Assembly: GCA_964551835.1 (NCBI GenBank) | Contig: CAZKEM010000094.1 | Span: 12,868-76,867 of the forward strand | Source: an uncultured Acidimicrobiaceae bacterium | GTDB lineage: Bacteria; Actinomycetota; Acidimicrobiia; Acidimicrobiales; SZUA-35 | Direction: 5' to 3' | Length of the DNA stretch: 64,000 nucleotides | In this document: in pieces, positions 47,201 to 55,906 of the stretch | Layout: the number at the start of each line of letters is the position of its first letter | How positions within the stretch are numbered: the stretch's first letter is position 1 | Notes under the pieces: model-generated | Seen by the model: the letters and a program-made list of their open reading frames with translations, nothing else | The model's database searches: none | Told to the model about the DNA's origin: nothing | Program-made: the position numbers and the translations under genes

Positions 47201-47419
47201 CACCGAGCAACAAGACAGTTGCCCCTTCGAAATAGCCTCGGTGATTTTTTGTCGATGATGGAGGGATTTCAGTCAAATCGCTCGACGGTTCAGCGTGTCC
47301 TAACAAAACTACGTAGCTGACGATTGCTTGGCCCCTGTCCCCGCTTTGAAACCCTGGAACGACCCAGTCGTGTAATCGTCACGCTTGGTGGGCTGGGTTT
47401 GCCGTTATTCTTGAAACTT

Positions 47420-47923
47420 GTGTCCAAGCAGATAAATGCGGTAGTCCGAAACGCAACAGAAACCCAAGAACTGGCATCGGGGCTGGCCCAACTCGTCAGC
47501 GTCGGTGACCTCCTGGTTCTCTTAGGAGACCTTGGAGCTGGCAAGACGTGCTTCACCCAAGGACTTGCCCGCGGGCTCGACATAGCAGAAAGAGTGACCA
47601 GCCCGACCTTTACCTTGGCCAACCGCTATGAAGGCCGTCTAATCTTAAACCACCTAGACGTCTACCGGTTGAGCGGAGCGGCGGAAACCCTAGACCTAGA
47701 CCTATACGAAATGGCTGAGGAAGGCGTCACGGTAATCGAGTGGGGGCACAACATCAGTGGAGTGTTGGCCGAATCTCGACTCGAAATCGAGTTCACGTAT
47801 CTTGACGACACGTCTGAGACCGCCCAAGAATGCCGCCATATCAAATTGACTGTGGTTGGCGACGGTTGGGGCGAACGAACCGCCGACCTTGAATCGGTAC
47901 TCGAACCCTGGCGGCAGAAATGA
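47420..47923 (+). CDS. tsaE: tRNA t6A37 threonylcarbamoyl-transfer ATPase TsaE
   Basis: 'LLGDLGAGKTCFTQGL', 'SPTFTL' and 'HLDVYRL' are present. The ORF opens at 47324; GTG 47420 gives a typical ~167-aa length. Confidence 0.85.
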   Translation: MSKQINAVVRNATETQELASGLAQLVSVGDLLVLLGDLGAGKTCFTQGLARGLDIAERVTSPTFTLANRYEGRLILNHLDVYRLSGAAETLDLDLYEMAEEGVTVIEWGHNISGVLAESRLEIEFTYLDDTSETAQECRHIKLTVVGDGWGERTADLESVLEPWRQK

Positions 47924-48582
47924 TCAGTCTCGCAGTGACAACATCGACGGCGACCGTTGGGGTGGCCGTCGGCGACGAAGACCAGATACTTGGGTTCGAA
48001 CAGGAAGTCACCGATCGACGACATGCCGAAGAACTCACGCCCATGATTCGGCGAGTCTTGCAAACCGCGTCGGTGTCGATGTCTGAGATCTCCCGCTTTG
48101 TGGTCGATGTCGGGCCAGGACGGTTCACGGGGCTGCGGGTTGGGTTGGCTACGGTTCGCACACTAGCCTTCGCGCTCGACAAAAAGGTAGTGCCGTTGAC
48201 CAGTCTAGAAATCTTGGCGTTCGCCCAAGACGAAGCATCGGTTCTGGTATCGATAGACGCTCGTCGAGGCGAAGTCTTCCAACAACACTTTGTCGACAAC
48301 GTCGCTCAAGGTGACCCCAAGGTTGGCGCTCCGGAAAAGCTGGCACCGCCGTTGGATGGCAATGGACTGGTGGTGGTTGGAGATGGCGTTGACCGGTACC
48401 CAGAGATATACCGAGATTCGGGTTTGGCGGGCCGTCAGGTTCAGGCCGACGAGATGCTCCGGTTAGCTGGGAAACGAGTTGCCGTCTCAGGCGTCGAAAT
48501 AGAACCCATGTACCTGCGTGAACCTGACGCCAACCCCAACGTTAAGACCCGGCCTCGGGTACCGCAGTCAGAAATTACTTAA
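47920..48582 (+). CDS. tsaB: tRNA t6A37 biosynthesis protein TsaB (YeaZ)
   Basis: 4-nt overlap with tsaE and the motif 'VDVGPGRFTGLRVGLATVRTLA'. Confidence 0.85.
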   Translation: MISLAVTTSTATVGVAVGDEDQILGFEQEVTDRRHAEELTPMIRRVLQTASVSMSEISRFVVDVGPGRFTGLRVGLATVRTLAFALDKKVVPLTSLEILAFAQDEASVLVSIDARRGEVFQQHFVDNVAQGDPKVGAPEKLAPPLDGNGLVVVGDGVDRYPEIYRDSGLAGRQVQADEMLRLAGKRVAVSGVEIEPMYLREPDANPNVKTRPRVPQSEIT

Positions 48583-49291
48583 ACCAACTTCCCTCGGGCC
48601 AGAGTCGGGTGAAGAATTTGGTGTAGGTGGCAGGGTCGCTAATCACTTGGAGAAACTCTTCAGTGGGTGCGCTTGCGACAAACAACAGCACCGCTGTGCC
48701 ATAAAGGGCGGCAGTGCCTAACGGGTTCGATACGTCCCCCAGGGAAAGCGCCGATCCGAACGATTTCTTGATTTTCGCACCCAACAAATTGACGCTGTAT
48801 AACTCGTCCAAAACCAGATGGGTCAACACCCCGATTGCCAAGAAAGAGGCGTAAAACCATGATCGCAGAGGGTCGAGACCAAAACTGTGGTGCGTGATAA
48901 GCCCGGCGGTCAAACCGAAACAGGCGGTTGCTGGCAAGGAGTGAAAAAGGCCGCGGTGTGTGGTCAACCGCCCGAAAAGTTCAAACCCAACCTTGAACAC
49001 CGTGTAGGTTCCAACCGCGAGGAGAGTCAGTTCGACTACCGAGTACGTGGACGCAAAGTTCAATACGACAAGCAAGGTTCCCACCGTCGACAAAATTCGC
49101 TGCGCCACCCGAAGCGGGATAGAGGTCTCCGAATCGAGGTCAGGCAATAGCCCCCCAACGATGCCAGCTCCGAAATACCCGATCGTGTCGCCCGTTGTCG
49201 TTGCTGCCCCGGTGGTGGTCGTAGCCAAGGTGGTCGCGGCCGCTCCAGTGACGAGGGTTGCTCCGATCAAATGAGTCTTAAAGTCCGCCAT
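48575..49291 (-). CDS. membrane-bound metal-dependent hydrolase, YdjM/DUF457-like
   Basis: The start is moved to ATG 49291 ('MADFKTHLIG'). 'GGLLPDLDS', 'HRGLFHS' and 'HLVLDELYS' are present in a polytopic protein. Confidence 0.6.
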   Translation of the reverse strand: MADFKTHLIGATLVTGAAATTLATTTTGAATTTGDTIGYFGAGIVGGLLPDLDSETSIPLRVAQRILSTVGTLLVVLNFASTYSVVELTLLAVGTYTVFKVGFELFGRLTTHRGLFHSLPATACFGLTAGLITHHSFGLDPLRSWFYASFLAIGVLTHLVLDELYSVNLLGAKIKKSFGSALSLGDVSNPLGTAALYGTAVLLFVASAPTEEFLQVISDPATYTKFFTRLWPEGSWFK

Positions 49292-49440
49292 TTCGGCTCC
49301 TCCGGTAAGCGTGCCAGGACGTCCCGAATATAGCGGAACAATGACCGAGCTTGGCTTGAACACAGGGGGTTCAAATAAACAATCCATTAAACTCGAGGCG
49401 TTCGTGTCGAAGTGGCATTCGGCACGTGTTCACTGGGAGG

Positions 49441-50871
49441 ATGGTCCGAACTTCACTTGTAATCCTAGTACTGGTTAGTTTGATCGCTGCTGGCTGTTCC
49501 AGTTCGTCGCGTAATACCGCTGCATCGGGTGGCGACGGCGACTCACCCGACACTACAGCCGGCCCAAATCCTGCCGACGCTGTCGATCGATCTATCGAAC
49601 GGTTTGGCGCTGCGCCGGAAACGCCAGAAGGAGACCTCGCACCCGAAGTCAAAGCGGCGGCTGACGCGTTGTTTGCCCGGGTCGAAGGAGAAGATGTTTT
49701 TACCGACGAGGACGCAGCCAATCTGGAGATAATCTCAGTTTCGGGCGACCCACGGATGGCGTGGTTGTTGAGCGACATGCTTAGATTGACGCGCACCGCC
49801 GCCCTCATTGAAGACATATCTATCGGAGCCGAAAAATTGATCGGCATCGACATCACCAACGCTGACTCTCGCTGGGGTGAGTTGACCGACCACCTGATCG
49901 CTTGGGACACGCCAGCTCCACCGAGCTACCTTGAGTACAAACGAAATCTGTATATTCGGATCGTTCCTGAATGGGAACCACTTTTCGAAGATGGTCGCGA
50001 CATCGATTGGCGTCATCTTTCATGGGGAGGTGTCGGCATCGATGACACCCCGTACGACAAGACCGATGTTACTTGCGGGCAATGTATCCCAGCAGTCGAC
50101 AACCCGGACACTGTCGAAGTCGACGACGCCGACCACTTAGTTGACGAATCAATCGTGTTTGGGGTCGAAATAAACGGCGAAGCACGAGCCTATCCTCGTT
50201 CGATGATGGAAGTCAGAGAAATGGTCAACGACACCCTAGGAGGGCGTGATATCGGCATGCCATACTGCACGCTTTGTGGGTCGGCCCAAGTCTATTTCAC
50301 AGACAAAATGCCAGATGGTATCGAACGGCCTGTTCTGCGAACCTCTGGGCTTCTCATCCGATCTAACAAGGTTATGTACGACATTCAAAGCGGGTCTGTG
50401 TTCGACACGTTCCTCGGTTCGGCGGTTACCGGCCCGCTCGCCGACAAAGGTATCGTGCTTGAACAGCACACGGTTACGACGACAACATGGGGTGAGTGGA
50501 AAGCCGAGCATCCAGACACGACGGTTCTGGCCGCCAACGTAGGGTTCGGGCGCAATCCCAACTTTAGAAACACTCGGGACGCTGAAGGACCCATCTTTCC
50601 GATCGGTGACCTCGACCAACGCCTAGGTGTTCACGACGACGTTGTCGGCGTCATTACCGAAGCTGACACTCCGGTAGCCTTCCCTGTCGACGAAGCCCAG
50701 AAGACCTTAGAAGATGGTGGAACCGTCGTCTTTGAAGGAGTTGAACTTCGAGCCGAGGCGGGCGGCCTAGTGGCCTATGCAGAAGGCACCGATGACGTGA
50801 TCGTAAGCCATCAGGCCTTCTGGTTCGCATGGTCTCAGTTCTACGCCAACACCGAAGTATGGACTGGTTAG
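49441..50871 (+). CDS. DUF3179 family lipoprotein
   Basis: ATG 49441 is preceded by 'gggagg' and gives the signal peptide 'MVRTSLVILVLVSLIAAGC'. The DUF3179-type core is 'AYPRSMMEVREMVNDTLGGRDIGMPYCTLCGSAQVYF...TSGLLIRSNKVMYD'. Confidence 0.75.
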   Translation: MVRTSLVILVLVSLIAAGCSSSSRNTAASGGDGDSPDTTAGPNPADAVDRSIERFGAAPETPEGDLAPEVKAAADALFARVEGEDVFTDEDAANLEIISVSGDPRMAWLLSDMLRLTRTAALIEDISIGAEKLIGIDITNADSRWGELTDHLIAWDTPAPPSYLEYKRNLYIRIVPEWEPLFEDGRDIDWRHLSWGGVGIDDTPYDKTDVTCGQCIPAVDNPDTVEVDDADHLVDESIVFGVEINGEARAYPRSMMEVREMVNDTLGGRDIGMPYCTLCGSAQVYFTDKMPDGIERPVLRTSGLLIRSNKVMYDIQSGSVFDTFLGSAVTGPLADKGIVLEQHTVTTTTWGEWKAEHPDTTVLAANVGFGRNPNFRNTRDAEGPIFPIGDLDQRLGVHDDVVGVITEADTPVAFPVDEAQKTLEDGGTVVFEGVELRAEAGGLVAYAEGTDDVIVSHQAFWFAWSQFYANTEVWTG

Positions 50872-52880
50872 CTCTCGTAAAGCTTGTCGACTTTCACTCG
50901 GAATTCTTCGGAATTCGAGAACCCGATCATAATCTGGCCTCGAGTCCATCCCGCCTGTAGTTGAGCTATCCAATGGGCACGACCGCGGGCGTCGGGGGTG
51001 CGGTCAAGGACATTGTCGTAGACCAAATCTACGAACTGTTCGTCGCTGATCGATCCATACCGGGTCTTGAACTCCGGAGATTCGGCGAAGCCTTCGGCCA
51101 CTTCAGCCAACGGAATCTCCATATTTATCCAGTCGTGCAGGCCTTTGGTATCCGGCTTGCGAACAAAGAACGCTCGGTAAAGCCGACCGATATTGCTTTG
51201 TTCTTCGAACTCGAGAAGCTTCGATGCGGTTTTGGCTTGGAACTCGGCGGACTGAGAGAAGTGGGTCATCACTGTCCCGCGTGTCATGCCCTCGTTTAGA
51301 CTGGTAGTCCAGCCGGCTTTGCCTTGACTGTCGGGGGCTCGATCGAGAACGTTCCGGTAAATCAGGTCTACGAAGTCGCTGTTGTTGAGTGAACCGTAGG
51401 TGTCTTTAAATTCGGGCGACCCGGCAAAGAATGAAGCGATCGACGCAAGGTCTTGTCCAGATTTTCGGGCTTGGATCCAGCCGAGTTCGCCAGCTTCGTC
51501 TGGGCGACGGTTAAAGAAGGCTAGGTAGAGGCGCCCTATTTGACGTTTCAGGTCGACCATCGAAGTTGGCGATACCGGGGTAGGTGTGGGTTTGCCGGAA
51601 TCAACCGGGTTGTCGCCCGGAGCATTCAAAAAGCCGATGTCGCCGAATTCTTGCCCCAATATGGCGTTGCTATCTCCACCGAGCCAGGTGTTGACGACGT
51701 TGGAAACAACGTGCCTATGGTCGACGTGGACCTTCATATTCCCATGCTTGTCTAGGTCGGTAAGTGACGGTTGATGGCCGTATTGTCCACCTTTGACCGA
51801 GGATCCGATTGCGAACACCGTGTTTGCCGTTCCGTGGTCGGTCCCCGCACTGCCGTTTGCTTTGACCCGCCGCCCGAATTCGCTGACGCCGAGTAGAAGT
51901 GTTTGTTTCTCGCGTTCGGCCTGCAACGTCGAGTAGAACTCTTTCAAACCAGTTTCGATCTCGGTCATACGTGTGTTGTGCATCTCTGCTTGACCCGAGT
52001 GCGAATCGAAATCTCCGAAGACAATTGAGATGATCCGGATACCGAGGTTGGAATTTATCAGACGCGCCGCTAGTCGTAGTTTGGTGACAACGTCCGCTTC
52101 ATCCAACGGGCCTTCGACGAATGCCGAGAGTTGGCTTGACAAATCGACCGAACGTGACAGAACTTGGCCAGCGAGTTGTTGAACCGGACGGGATCCGCCA
52201 GCGAGCTGACCCATCTTTTGAAGAGCGTCGTACTGGAGTTGAGGATGAGCCGATCCCATATTTGGGTAAAGGCTGGAGTCTCTACGAGGAACCGCTATAG
52301 CGTTTTGACGTTCGCCCTTGACCACCAGCGGGACAGTCGTCCCGAGCGAAACGCTGTTGAACGGATCGCTTTGGCTAAGTTGGTCGACATAACGACCGGC
52401 CCAGCCACTTCTTAACGCAGAAGTGTGTCCCTGCATGACTCGCGCCATTGACGTGAAGTGGCTCAAGTCGTTGAGTCGAGTTTCCCCGACGCCGTCTATT
52501 AAGGCCACATCCCCAGCATCCCATTTGGATTTCATGAACCCGAGCCGACTATTGAAACCTCGATCGTTGGAGAATGGAAGCGTTTCTTCTGGACCGAAGG
52601 CTAACCCACCTCGGGCCGAACGGTAGGCTCCATCATTGAACGGGATAAACGTGTTGAGACCGTCGTTCCCGCCGCCCATGGTTAGAAGGACAAGGACGCC
52701 TTCACCTGGGGTCAAGGGACTCGCTGCTGCTTCGAACTTGCCCATCCACGCTGGCATCGACAGGACGCTAGCGCCAGCGGCGACTGCCATTAAGAACGAT
52801 CGGCGTTGTACCGTTAACGGGCTTTGGTCGGCCGGGCTTGACAATGTTTGTAGAACCTCGGATGTGCTCGGTTCATACAT
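50868..52880 (-). CDS. DUF1501 (sulfatase-fold) protein with a Tat signal and C-terminal DUF4214-like repeats
   Basis: 'QRRSFLMAVAAGASVL' is a twin-arginine signal and 'GTDHGTANTVFAIGSSVKGGQYG' is the DUF1501 motif. The C-terminal repeats are 'RLYLAFFNRRPDEAGELGW', 'DLIYRNVLDRAPDSQGKAGW', 'RLYRAFFVRKPDTKGLHDW' and 'DLVYDNVLDRTPDARGRAHW'. Confidence 0.75.
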   Translation of the reverse strand: MYEPSTSEVLQTLSSPADQSPLTVQRRSFLMAVAAGASVLSMPAWMGKFEAAASPLTPGEGVLVLLTMGGGNDGLNTFIPFNDGAYRSARGGLAFGPEETLPFSNDRGFNSRLGFMKSKWDAGDVALIDGVGETRLNDLSHFTSMARVMQGHTSALRSGWAGRYVDQLSQSDPFNSVSLGTTVPLVVKGERQNAIAVPRRDSSLYPNMGSAHPQLQYDALQKMGQLAGGSRPVQQLAGQVLSRSVDLSSQLSAFVEGPLDEADVVTKLRLAARLINSNLGIRIISIVFGDFDSHSGQAEMHNTRMTEIETGLKEFYSTLQAEREKQTLLLGVSEFGRRVKANGSAGTDHGTANTVFAIGSSVKGGQYGHQPSLTDLDKHGNMKVHVDHRHVVSNVVNTWLGGDSNAILGQEFGDIGFLNAPGDNPVDSGKPTPTPVSPTSMVDLKRQIGRLYLAFFNRRPDEAGELGWIQARKSGQDLASIASFFAGSPEFKDTYGSLNNSDFVDLIYRNVLDRAPDSQGKAGWTTSLNEGMTRGTVMTHFSQSAEFQAKTASKLLEFEEQSNIGRLYRAFFVRKPDTKGLHDWINMEIPLAEVAEGFAESPEFKTRYGSISDEQFVDLVYDNVLDRTPDARGRAHWIAQLQAGWTRGQIMIGFSNSEEFRVKVDKLYES

Positions 52881-54145
52881 TACGCCACCGCCATTTCAGG
52901 GGAGAGAAGAGTCAGGTAGATGATTCCTGATTTCTTGTGGTAGGGGTTGGATTCCGACTGGGCAAAGTCGGTCAGAATAGTTCGGAGTTCGTTGCTTATT
53001 TCACCAACGTCGAGATAGTTGAGGCAAGCGTTCACTACGGCTGCGTCCGACTGGCCATCCGTCGAAGGCGTATCGCCTCGGTCCATCACCTTCCACTTAA
53101 TATTGTTGACAAATCTGCCTTTGGCCCAGATCGCCGATTCTGTCAGCCAAGCTTCGTTCTGGTGCCAGCCCGAAACGTTTGGTGGAGCGTACGGTTCCTG
53201 GCCCATATCGTCGAGCATCCATAGCGGCCTCTGGACCGAAAACTGGAATTTGGCGTGTCTGAACGAAGCGACAGCGTACTCGATTGGACCTCGAACGATT
53301 CCTTGTTTTGCTTGAGGGGACAGAAATTCGGGGTGCATAAGAATGGCTCGAACCGCTTCTCGAATGTTCAAACCAGAACTTCGGTAGGTGGAAGCAATGT
53401 CGGACACGACTCGATCGCCCGGATTTGGATACGCGAAGAACGACCAAAGTTTCCTAGCGACGAATTTGCTATGCGCGTCGGCCGTCCGGCCATAGAGGAG
53501 TTCCTTGATGACGTCATGTCCTCGAAGGTTTCCTGTTCGACCAAGAAACGTTTTGCTGCCACCGTCGTGGAGCGAAGGCTTGAATACGTACTGATAGTCA
53601 GACGAGATAGTCTCTCCCGTCCACGCTCTGGCTGATTCCTTGACGTCCTCTTCGGAATACTGACCTACGCCAACGGTAAACAACTCCATTAGCTCGCGGG
53701 AGAAGTTCTCGTTCGGGCTACCAGCGTGGTTACGAAAGTTATCGAGGTAGACGAGCATTGCCGGATCGAGACTGACATCGACAATTAGGTCTTCGAATTT
53801 CCCGAGACCTTTCCGGCGAAGTATCTGGTTTTGGTCGAACATCGATTCGTGTCGACCGACTTTATACAGCGAACTGCAGAGGGTGCCGTGCCAGAAAAGA
53901 ACGATCTTCTCGCTCAACTGGTTTGGTCTCTCGCGGGCACGGTCGAGCCAATAGTTGGTCATGTCGTTATAGGCGTCCCAGGAATTGGGGATGCTTGGGT
54001 CGGGGGCTAGCGGCGTTGGGGTAGCATCAACGATGTCGTTGACAGCCTGCGGCCAGCTCTTTCCTTGAACAGCTTCGATTTCGGAGTGAGGTGCTCCGAA
54101 ACCTGTTCGCGAAAGTAGGTGTCTCGTATCTAGATAAGATGGCAT
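52880..54145 (-). CDS. DUF1800 family protein
   Basis: 421 aa with a 1-nt TAATG overlap with the downstream DUF1501 gene, the usual DUF1800/DUF1501 pairing. 'VLFWHGTLCSS' occupies the position of the family W-x-x-H motif. Confidence 0.65.
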   Translation of the reverse strand: MPSYLDTRHLLSRTGFGAPHSEIEAVQGKSWPQAVNDIVDATPTPLAPDPSIPNSWDAYNDMTNYWLDRARERPNQLSEKIVLFWHGTLCSSLYKVGRHESMFDQNQILRRKGLGKFEDLIVDVSLDPAMLVYLDNFRNHAGSPNENFSRELMELFTVGVGQYSEEDVKESARAWTGETISSDYQYVFKPSLHDGGSKTFLGRTGNLRGHDVIKELLYGRTADAHSKFVARKLWSFFAYPNPGDRVVSDIASTYRSSGLNIREAVRAILMHPEFLSPQAKQGIVRGPIEYAVASFRHAKFQFSVQRPLWMLDDMGQEPYAPPNVSGWHQNEAWLTESAIWAKGRFVNNIKWKVMDRGDTPSTDGQSDAAVVNACLNYLDVGEISNELRTILTDFAQSESNPYHKKSGIIYLTLLSPEMAVA

Positions 54146-54289
54146 GGTAATAAGGACATCGAACTGTTACATCAGATTCTTAAGGAACTTGGCGCCTCTG
54201 CCGACTAACCCCAGCTAGGACGCTTGTTCCAGAATCAACAAGAAGTGCCAAATGCAAGAAACTAGATCATGCCAAGAAGAAATTAGACA

Positions 54290-55483
54290 ATGTTTGAATC
54301 GTTAGATCGGCTGCCCCGTGACCCAATCCTTGGCCTTAGTCAAGCCTTCAGAGATGAACTCGCCCCCGAAAAGGTCGATCTAGGAGTCGGCGTTTATCGC
54401 GACGATACCGGCGGCAGCCCAATATTTTCTGCAGTTAAGGCAGCGGAGTCAGACCTATTGGCTGATCAAAAAACGAAGGCTTACGTATCGCAAGCCGGCG
54501 ACCCGGTGTTTCTTGAATCAATGGCCAAGCTCATCGTTGGTGATGAACTGTTTGGGTCGCACCGAGATCGACTAGTTTCGTTGACATCGGTCGGCGGGTC
54601 GGGGGCAATTCGTTTAGCTGCGGAAGTAGCGCTCGCAGCTAAACCGGACACCAAAGCCTGGGTTTGCAAACCAACGTGGGCTCACCATCTTCCGTTGCTG
54701 GCCGGTGCTGGAATGCAGGTTGAGGAATACGGCTACTACGACGACCGAGCAGGAACCGTCAACTTCGACAAGATGATGGCGGACTTGGCACACGCTAAGG
54801 CAGGCGACCTCGTTGTTCTTCAGGTGTCTTGTCATAACCCAACTGGAGCGGACCTGTCGCAGAGCCAGTGGAGCGAGGTTGTCGACCTTGCCGCAAGACG
54901 TGGATTTGTTCCTCTTCTTGACATTGCCTACCAAGGGTTCGGTGACTCGTTAGACGAGGACGCGTTTGCTATTCGGCTCGCCATTTCTCAACTACCTGAA
55001 CTGATCGTTGCCAATTCATGCGCCAAGAATTTTGGGCTCTACCGAGAACGGCCAGGCATGCTCCTGATTCAGGGTAGAACGGCCGACGAGGCCCAAGCCG
55101 CGGGTAGTCATGTTTTGACCAACGCACGTCGAACCTATAGCATGCCGGGGTACCACGGTCCCGCGATTGTCGGTCAGCTTCTAAGCGACGAAACGTTGCG
55201 GTCGACCTGGACGAGCGAACTGACGGCGGCTAGAACTCGGGTTTCGACGTTGCGTAAGATGTTCGCAACCGAGTTGAACAATGCCCAGAGCCGGACAGAC
55301 TACTCTTTCCTAGCCGACCAAAAAGGAATGTTCTCCCTCCTTGGGCTTGACAAGAGCCAGATCAAGCGCTTGCGAGAAGACCACAGTATTTACATGCTCG
55401 GGAACTCGCGCGCGAACATTGCAGGTCTGACCCCTGACAATATCGAGTACGTCGTTAGGTCAGTGGTCTCGGTCACGAGCTGA
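54290..55483 (+). CDS. aspC: aspartate/aromatic amino acid aminotransferase (class I, AspC/TyrB type)
   Basis: 'MFESLDRLPRDPILGLSQAFRDE', 'SCHNPTGADL' and the PLP-lysine motif 'SCAKNFGLYRERPG' are present. Confidence 0.9.
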   Translation: MFESLDRLPRDPILGLSQAFRDELAPEKVDLGVGVYRDDTGGSPIFSAVKAAESDLLADQKTKAYVSQAGDPVFLESMAKLIVGDELFGSHRDRLVSLTSVGGSGAIRLAAEVALAAKPDTKAWVCKPTWAHHLPLLAGAGMQVEEYGYYDDRAGTVNFDKMMADLAHAKAGDLVVLQVSCHNPTGADLSQSQWSEVVDLAARRGFVPLLDIAYQGFGDSLDEDAFAIRLAISQLPELIVANSCAKNFGLYRERPGMLLIQGRTADEAQAAGSHVLTNARRTYSMPGYHGPAIVGQLLSDETLRSTWTSELTAARTRVSTLRKMFATELNNAQSRTDYSFLADQKGMFSLLGLDKSQIKRLREDHSIYMLGNSRANIAGLTPDNIEYVVRSVVSVTS

Positions 55484-55906
55484 GGAAATACAGCCGACGC
55501 GTGACGCCGGGATACTTCTTATCTGGATCCAGGGACTTTTCGCCTGACGGTTTTCTTGTCTGCCTAGCCGTAGCCGAATACCAACTAGTGGCCCGCGGAC
55601 GCACCGCGTTACTAGATGGCATCGGACGGGGTATCAACGAAACGCCAGCAAGATTTCTCGTATGCGTCGACAAGCTCGCGATGGGGAGCAAGTGGTAAAC
55701 GAATACACCGATGAAGAACGTGAGGCGATGGAATAACCGCCCAGCTATGGGGTTTCGCTAGCAGTCGACGCATGCGATGAGGGAAAGCCCCGGTGTCGCT
55801 GCCGCCTGAGTTCTCACAGACAAACCGACTAGCTGTGAGGGGAGTGAAACCCAATGAACATGCTCTACGAACACGACGAAAATATCCGACTGGTTTAGTG
55901 GTAGGC

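Noticed and set aside
55793-55906. 38-codon extension of the nirB ORF
   Set aside because: The FAD-binding 'VIVGNGMVGQRF' motif must sit at the extreme N-terminus, and ATG 55907 provides this.
55484-55906. GlnR-type nitrogen regulator boxes (GTnAC-n6-GaAAC) upstream of nirB, for example around 'gtatcaacgaaac' and 'gtggtaaacgaatac'
   Set aside because: The half-site spacing does not fit the n6 consensus, and matches are partial. This cannot be supported without a matrix scan.
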